This document shows, in pieces, positions 25,692 through 30,073 of a DNA stretch of 30,073 bases. The translations under genes were made by a program, and so were the position numbers. This stretch comes from Thainema sp. (lineage in GTDB: Bacteria; Cyanobacteriota; Cyanobacteriia; Phormidesmidales; Phormidesmidaceae): positions 1-30,073 of the forward strand of contig JBQLZK010000072.1 of NCBI GenBank assembly GCA_052168235.1, in the 5' to 3' direction. The notes below the pieces were generated by a model. The model was given only the letters and a program-made list of their open reading frames with translations. It was not told where the DNA came from and made no database searches. How positions within the stretch are numbered: position 1 is the stretch's first letter; the number at the start of each line of letters is the position of its first letter.

Positions 25692-26090
25692 ATGCCTCAC
25701 ACAATTGAGCCTTTTAATCTTGCTTCCACTTACGTAGTGATTAATCACGAAGGTGGTGCAGTTCCAGTTCCAGTTAGTGATACTTTCTTTGAGGATTTAG
25801 AGCATCAGTTTGGTGAATTCAAAGGCAAACAGCTTGTTTCTTACTTTACTTTTGATCAGGACTGGGATACTTGGGAAATGCATCCCGCAGGAGATGAAGT
25901 CGTATATTTACTTTCAGGACAAGTTGAATTTATTTTGCAGCAAGATGCAGCGGAAATAAAGGTGCAGATGAATACACCAGGAACGTTTTTAATTGTACCT
26001 CAGGGTGTTTGGCATACGGCAAAGGTCTATGCACCTAGTTCTATGCTGTTTATCACTCCTGGTGCAGGGACTCAGAATCGTTCACTTTAA
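25692..26090 (+). CDS. Cupin domain protein
   Basis: Cupin motifs WEMHPAGDEVVYLLSG and IVPQGVWHTA. Confidence 0.88.
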   Translation: MPHTIEPFNLASTYVVINHEGGAVPVPVSDTFFEDLEHQFGEFKGKQLVSYFTFDQDWDTWEMHPAGDEVVYLLSGQVEFILQQDAAEIKVQMNTPGTFLIVPQGVWHTAKVYAPSSMLFITPGAGTQNRSL

Positions 26091-26143
26091 CGAATTTTGG
26101 GCTCAGCTCAATCGTCCAAACTCGCCGCTAATTGCGTTAGATC

Positions 26144-26302
26144 ATGCTTTACATTTTTGGCGGACTGCCGGGAACGGGAAAGTCCTCACTGGCCGCAGCT
26201 CTGGCTCATCAACGGCAGGCAGTTTACGTGCGGATCGATACAATAGAGCAAGCCATTCGTAACTCAGGCGTGGCTAAAATGGGGCCAACTCTGCAAATTT
26301 AG
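26144..26302 (+). pseudogene. Truncated AAA_33-family P-loop kinase (52 aa, absent from the ORF track)
   Basis: Manual translation gives MLYIFGGLPGTGKSSLAAALAHQRQAVYVRIDTIEQAIRNSGVAKMGPTLQI*, with a Walker A motif and the RIDTIEQA motif. Confidence 0.8.
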
Positions 26303-26311
26303 TGAGCCTTT

Positions 26312-27154
26312 ATGGAAAACCAAAATCTAGAAGCGATTGATCTGGATACCTATTTTCAGCGCATTGACTATACAGGCGATCGCACTCCCACGCTCGACAC
26401 GTTGAAGGCCATTCACGAATGCCATACCCATGCGATCGCATTTGAAAATCTTAGTCCTCTACTCGGTCATTCTGTTTCCCTAGAGCTTGATTCTCTTCAG
26501 CACAAGCTGATTCATTCTGGACGCGGCGGCTACTGCTTCGAGCAAAATTCTCTATTCCGCTCTGTGCTGAAAACCCTGGGCTTTCAAGTAACCAGCTTGG
26601 CGGCGCGGGTGCGGTGGGGCGTGCCCACGAGTGTTGTCACCCCTCGCAGTCACATGGTGCTGCTGGCTCATATTGGCGATGCGTCTTATATCGCTGATGT
26701 CGGGTTTGGTGGCCAGACCCTCACCACGCCGATCAAGCTCGTGGCGGATATGGAGCAGTCCACCACCCATGAACCCTTTCGGCTGATCAAGGCCGATGAT
26801 GCGTATGTCATGCAGGCTTACATTGGTCGGGAGTGGAAATCGCTCTACCGCTTCGATCTGCAACCGCAATATCGCCCGGACTATGAGGTGAGTAACTGGT
26901 ATGTTTCAACCCATCCAAAGTCCTTGTTTGTCAATTCACTGATTGCTGCTAAACCGGATGTAGACCGCCGCTATGCGCTGCGCGATAATCACTTTGTGAT
27001 TCATCACCTCAACGGCAAAACAGAGCGCCATCTGCTGACTACAGCCCAAGAGCTGCATGCAGTGCTGACCAGTAAATTTCAGTTAACGCTGCCGGACAGC
27101 AGCGATATTGAACAAGTTTTACAGCGGTTTGTTCAATCAGAGGATAGCAAGTAA
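26312..27154 (+). CDS. Arylamine N-acetyltransferase
   Basis: IAFENL, RGGYCFEQN (Cys), RSHMVL (His) and ADVGFG (Asp) give the catalytic triad. Confidence 0.93.
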   Translation: MENQNLEAIDLDTYFQRIDYTGDRTPTLDTLKAIHECHTHAIAFENLSPLLGHSVSLELDSLQHKLIHSGRGGYCFEQNSLFRSVLKTLGFQVTSLAARVRWGVPTSVVTPRSHMVLLAHIGDASYIADVGFGGQTLTTPIKLVADMEQSTTHEPFRLIKADDAYVMQAYIGREWKSLYRFDLQPQYRPDYEVSNWYVSTHPKSLFVNSLIAAKPDVDRRYALRDNHFVIHHLNGKTERHLLTTAQELHAVLTSKFQLTLPDSSDIEQVLQRFVQSEDSK

Positions 27155-27177
27155 TCCGAAACGTCAGGAGGCAGTTT

Positions 27178-28077
27178 GTGAGTCCAAACGTCACCGTACT
27201 CAATCACCGGGAATCGAATCCGGCTGAAGGATTGCTGCCTCAGCCTGCAATCCTGTCCAGTACGGGCTGGAGCGACATTCACCTGGAACTCTATCAGCAG
27301 CCCAAGTTCTCTACCGCCGAGCATCAGCATACGCTACATGCGATCGCACTTGGCTATCCGATCCTATCTAACCCGATTGCTCCGGGATACCGCTGGTTAG
27401 ACGGCAAGCGCCAGCCGGAAGATCGGCAGACCGCAGGTATGGCCATTATTCCAGCCGGAATTTGTCATCGCTGTAGCTGGGATGACGCGGCTCAGTTTAT
27501 GGTGCTGGCGATTGAACCGGATGTGCTCAAACAGGTGGGGCAAGACTGGGTAAATCCCGATCGGATTGAGCTGATGCCGCAGTTCATGAACGCCGAGGAT
27601 CGCTTCGTGAGTACTATTTGCTCGGCGTTGAAAACGGAAGTGGAAGCAGGCGGCATGGGTGGTTCACTCCTCGTCGATAGCCTCAAAACGGCGTTGGTGA
27701 TCCATCTGCTGCGCTATTATTGCGCGACTCGACCCCGGCTGGCTAGCGTTGCAGGTGGGCTATCCAAAGCCAAGCAGAATCAGGTGAAGGAGTATATTGA
27801 CGCGCACCTCGATCAGGATTTGACGCTGGTGGAACTGGCTGCGATCGCACAAATCAGTCCCGCCTACTTTGCCCGCTTATTTAAACAGAGTGCAGGGATC
27901 ACGCCGCATCAGTACATCCTGCATCGGCGCGTTGCCCAAGCCCAATTGCTGCTGCGTCACAGCTCACTGAGCCTGGCAGAAATTGCCGTCAGAGTTGGCT
28001 TTTGCGATCAAAGTCATCTAACTCGCTGTTTCAAGCGTCTGGTTGGCATCACGCCAACTCAATTCCGCCAACCCTAA
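27178..28077 (+). CDS. AraC family transcriptional regulator
   Basis: C-terminal double HTH LTLVELAAIAQISPAYFARLFK...LAEIAVRVGFCDQSHLTRCFKRLVGITP; RBS AGGAGG before the GTG. Confidence 0.93.
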   Translation: MSPNVTVLNHRESNPAEGLLPQPAILSSTGWSDIHLELYQQPKFSTAEHQHTLHAIALGYPILSNPIAPGYRWLDGKRQPEDRQTAGMAIIPAGICHRCSWDDAAQFMVLAIEPDVLKQVGQDWVNPDRIELMPQFMNAEDRFVSTICSALKTEVEAGGMGGSLLVDSLKTALVIHLLRYYCATRPRLASVAGGLSKAKQNQVKEYIDAHLDQDLTLVELAAIAQISPAYFARLFKQSAGITPHQYILHRRVAQAQLLLRHSSLSLAEIAVRVGFCDQSHLTRCFKRLVGITPTQFRQP

Positions 28078-28168
28078 TCGCAGGAATGTCCCAAAGGATG
28101 ATCGTTTTCTTCTAGAGTCCTGCGCAGCCCGTTGCCTAAGCTGACAGCAGTTGCTCGGAGGCATAACA

Positions 28169-28945
28169 ATGTGGCAGACTCAACAGTTTGAGATTGCAAT
28201 TACGACCCCTGATGGTCAGATGCCTGCGTTTCTCTGCCAGCCAGTCGCATCGCATCCCTGTCCGGCAGTGTTGCTGCTGATGGAAGCCTTTGGCTTAACG
28301 ACTCATATCCGTGACGTTGCTGTTCGCATTGCCCAGGCAGGTTACGTCGTGCTAGCTCCCGACTTGTACTATCGCGAAGGAGTTCACATCACCTTTGGCT
28401 ATAACCAAGTAGCAGACGCGATGGCAACCATGTATCGCCTGGATTTTGGTCAGCCAATTGAACAGGATTTGAAATCTGCGATCGCAACTCTCAAATCTTG
28501 CGACCCAGTTGATCCAAATCGTATCGGCGTGACTGGGTTCTGTCTAGGAGGGGGGCTGACCTTTCTCACTGCCTGTCGATTCTCGGCTGAGATTGCGGCG
28601 GCGGCTCCGTTCTACGGCATGGTGCTGGATGAATGGATCGACGCCGTCAAAGATATTACCGTGCCGATCCTGTTGTTCTTTGGCGGACAAGACCCGTTTA
28701 TTAGTTGCGATCGCATTCAGCACATTGAAGCACGATTCCAGGAGCTGAACAAAGACTATCGAGTCAAGGTTTATCCTGAAGCCAATCACGGCTTTTTTTG
28801 TCACGAACGGAACTCCTACCATCCTGCCGCTGCCACAGATGCTTGGCAAGAGCTGATACAGTTTTTCAACATGCATTTATCAAAGCCAAATATAATGATT
28901 CCAGTTAAAAGTGAGAAAACGAGAGAGGAGAGTGCCTCATCCTGA
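28169..28945 (+). CDS. Dienelactone hydrolase family protein
   Basis: MEAFGL, APDLY, the nucleophile motif GFCLGG and ANHGF; RBS GGAGG before ATG 28169. Confidence 0.92.
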   Translation: MWQTQQFEIAITTPDGQMPAFLCQPVASHPCPAVLLLMEAFGLTTHIRDVAVRIAQAGYVVLAPDLYYREGVHITFGYNQVADAMATMYRLDFGQPIEQDLKSAIATLKSCDPVDPNRIGVTGFCLGGGLTFLTACRFSAEIAAAAPFYGMVLDEWIDAVKDITVPILLFFGGQDPFISCDRIQHIEARFQELNKDYRVKVYPEANHGFFCHERNSYHPAAATDAWQELIQFFNMHLSKPNIMIPVKSEKTREESASS

Positions 28946-28960
28946 GGCACTCTCCTCTCT
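28922..28960. terminator. Perfect 18-bp hairpin overlapping the dienelactone hydrolase stop codon
   Basis: AGAGAGGAGAGTGCCTCA-tcc-TGAGGCACTCTCCTCTCT. There is no clear U-tract, so it may be REP-like. Confidence 0.5.
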
Positions 28961-29345
28961 ACGTTCTTATCTAGAACCGCTATAGAATTGGTTTTGGCAA
29001 GTAGAGCTATCGATTGGTGAAATCTAAGGACTGAGTACTGATTACGTTTGTCTTAACAATTCTGAGATAGAGGATTTGATCGATACAGTATGATGAGCAA
29101 ACCTGAACCTGAACAATTGTGACTAAAGCCGATAGGTTCTAAATCAAATCAGCCAACATATAATTAAGTTGTGGTGGAATATTTTTACGAAATACTTGGA
29201 TTTTATATTGTTCTAAGTACTTCGAAAAATGTGGCCTGCGCTCAAAGAAAGGCTTGCTAATGAATTTTATAGGAGAGCAGAGCGCTAACGCTTACTAGCG
29301 CAAATCTTGTAAGAACGTTGCTACACAGCAAAGGAGTTCGATACA

Positions 29346-29921
29346 ATGGCACTTCCAAATTCACAATTTGACAGTCCAACAACCATTCCGGCAGCAGCAA
29401 AACTGTCCTTCAATTGGTTTGGGCCAGCTTCTGTGAAAATCTTTATCACGGTTGCAAGTTTAACGCTTCTCATCGTTCATTTAGGTGCAAAACCGTTGGA
29501 CACAGTGGCTCTTGGTATTCTTGCCCTTGGACTACTTCCCTGGTTACCAGCCTTCCTCGATATGGCTGAACTACCTGGAGGGGTGAAGTTCCAGTTTGCG
29601 AAAGTACAACAAGAGCAAAAGCGGCAAGCGAAGGAATTGGAATGGATTAAGCTGCTGATCGATTTAGTCATCTCGGATTATGAACGCACCCATCTTCGTG
29701 CCTTGGCAGCGGATGGGCCGTTTATGGCTGAGGTGAAAAATAGCTCAACCTTTGAGTGGGAACTGAGACATTTGCTTACTCTACAACTGATTGATCGGCA
29801 TACTGGCCAGGGCATTAGAACCCTATTCAAAGGTGAGCAGCGGAAAAACGTTAAGGAACATCTGTTTATTACTGAGCGAGGCAGACAGTATCTAAGAATA
29901 TGTGACGAAGCAAGTTCTTAG
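29346..29921 (+). CDS. Hypothetical membrane protein: 2 TM helices, short coiled coil, winged-helix-like C-terminus
   Basis: RBS AAGGAG; hydrophobic IFITVASLTLLIVHLG and VALGILALGLLPWLPAFL; ELPGGVKFQF; a wHTH-like end FEWELRHLLTLQLI...FITERGRQYL. Confidence 0.7.
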   Translation: MALPNSQFDSPTTIPAAAKLSFNWFGPASVKIFITVASLTLLIVHLGAKPLDTVALGILALGLLPWLPAFLDMAELPGGVKFQFAKVQQEQKRQAKELEWIKLLIDLVISDYERTHLRALAADGPFMAEVKNSSTFEWELRHLLTLQLIDRHTGQGIRTLFKGEQRKNVKEHLFITERGRQYLRICDEASS

Positions 29922-30073
29922 AATTGTGTACAGAAGAAGATACAGAAATCGTAGCGCATGATGCTATTTATGCTTTGCATTGGTGAGACTAAGGATCATC
30001 AATATGCAAAGTGTGAGACTAGTTCCAACTTATTTTGTGTCAGATTTCCTGAGCAACGGTCTTCTGCCATTCA

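Larger units (their letters stand above)
2168..28714. repeat. Dispersed HIP1 octamers (GCGATCGC)
   Basis: Roughly 25-30 copies counted by eye (e.g. 2594, 4006, 4660, 10802, 18342, 21684, 27841). None were seen in 1-1900 or after ~28720. Confidence 0.85.

Noticed and set aside
25993..26262. 89-aa ORF from the track
   Set aside because: It overlaps the cupin gene. The real coding signal is the kinase fragment in another frame.
28961..29345. Possible attC-like cassette site or small RNA
   Set aside because: Only a 6-bp stem (GCGCTA/TAGCGC) is present, with no convincing paired R boxes and no integrase.

Overview
A chromosomal segment, most likely from a filamentous cyanobacterium: HIP1 octamers (GCGATCGC) are frequent and STRR-type heptamer repeats are present. 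It has four blocks. (1) 1-2492: the 3' part of an AT-rich TPR membrane protein gene and an ABM-like membrane protein gene. (2) 2826-19970: a co-oriented trio of a degenerate parvulin/SurA-like foldase, a 4683-aa giant RTX-type exoprotein and an Lpg1974/MOMP-like outer-membrane beta-barrel. The giant protein has DUF4347, five uncharacterised ~300-aa modules, Ca-binding GGxGxD repeats and an inserted FG-GAP/VCBS block. No T1SS ABC or MFP genes are in the window. (3) 20002-28945: a pseudogenised atypical (HVGN-type) leuS fragment divergent from an ECF42-type sigma factor, followed by two matching ECF42-like promoters and a stress/detoxification gene run (2x DGPF/YCII, 2x SnoaL/NTF2, PhnB/VOC, DUF1579, cupin, a truncated AAA_33 kinase, arylamine N-acetyltransferase, AraC, dienelactone hydrolase). 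(4) 29346-29921: a 2-TM hypothetical protein. Several palindromic MITE/REP-like elements sit in intergenic regions. No rRNA, tRNA, CRISPR or transposase was found. All family calls come from motif recognition by eye, not from database searches.
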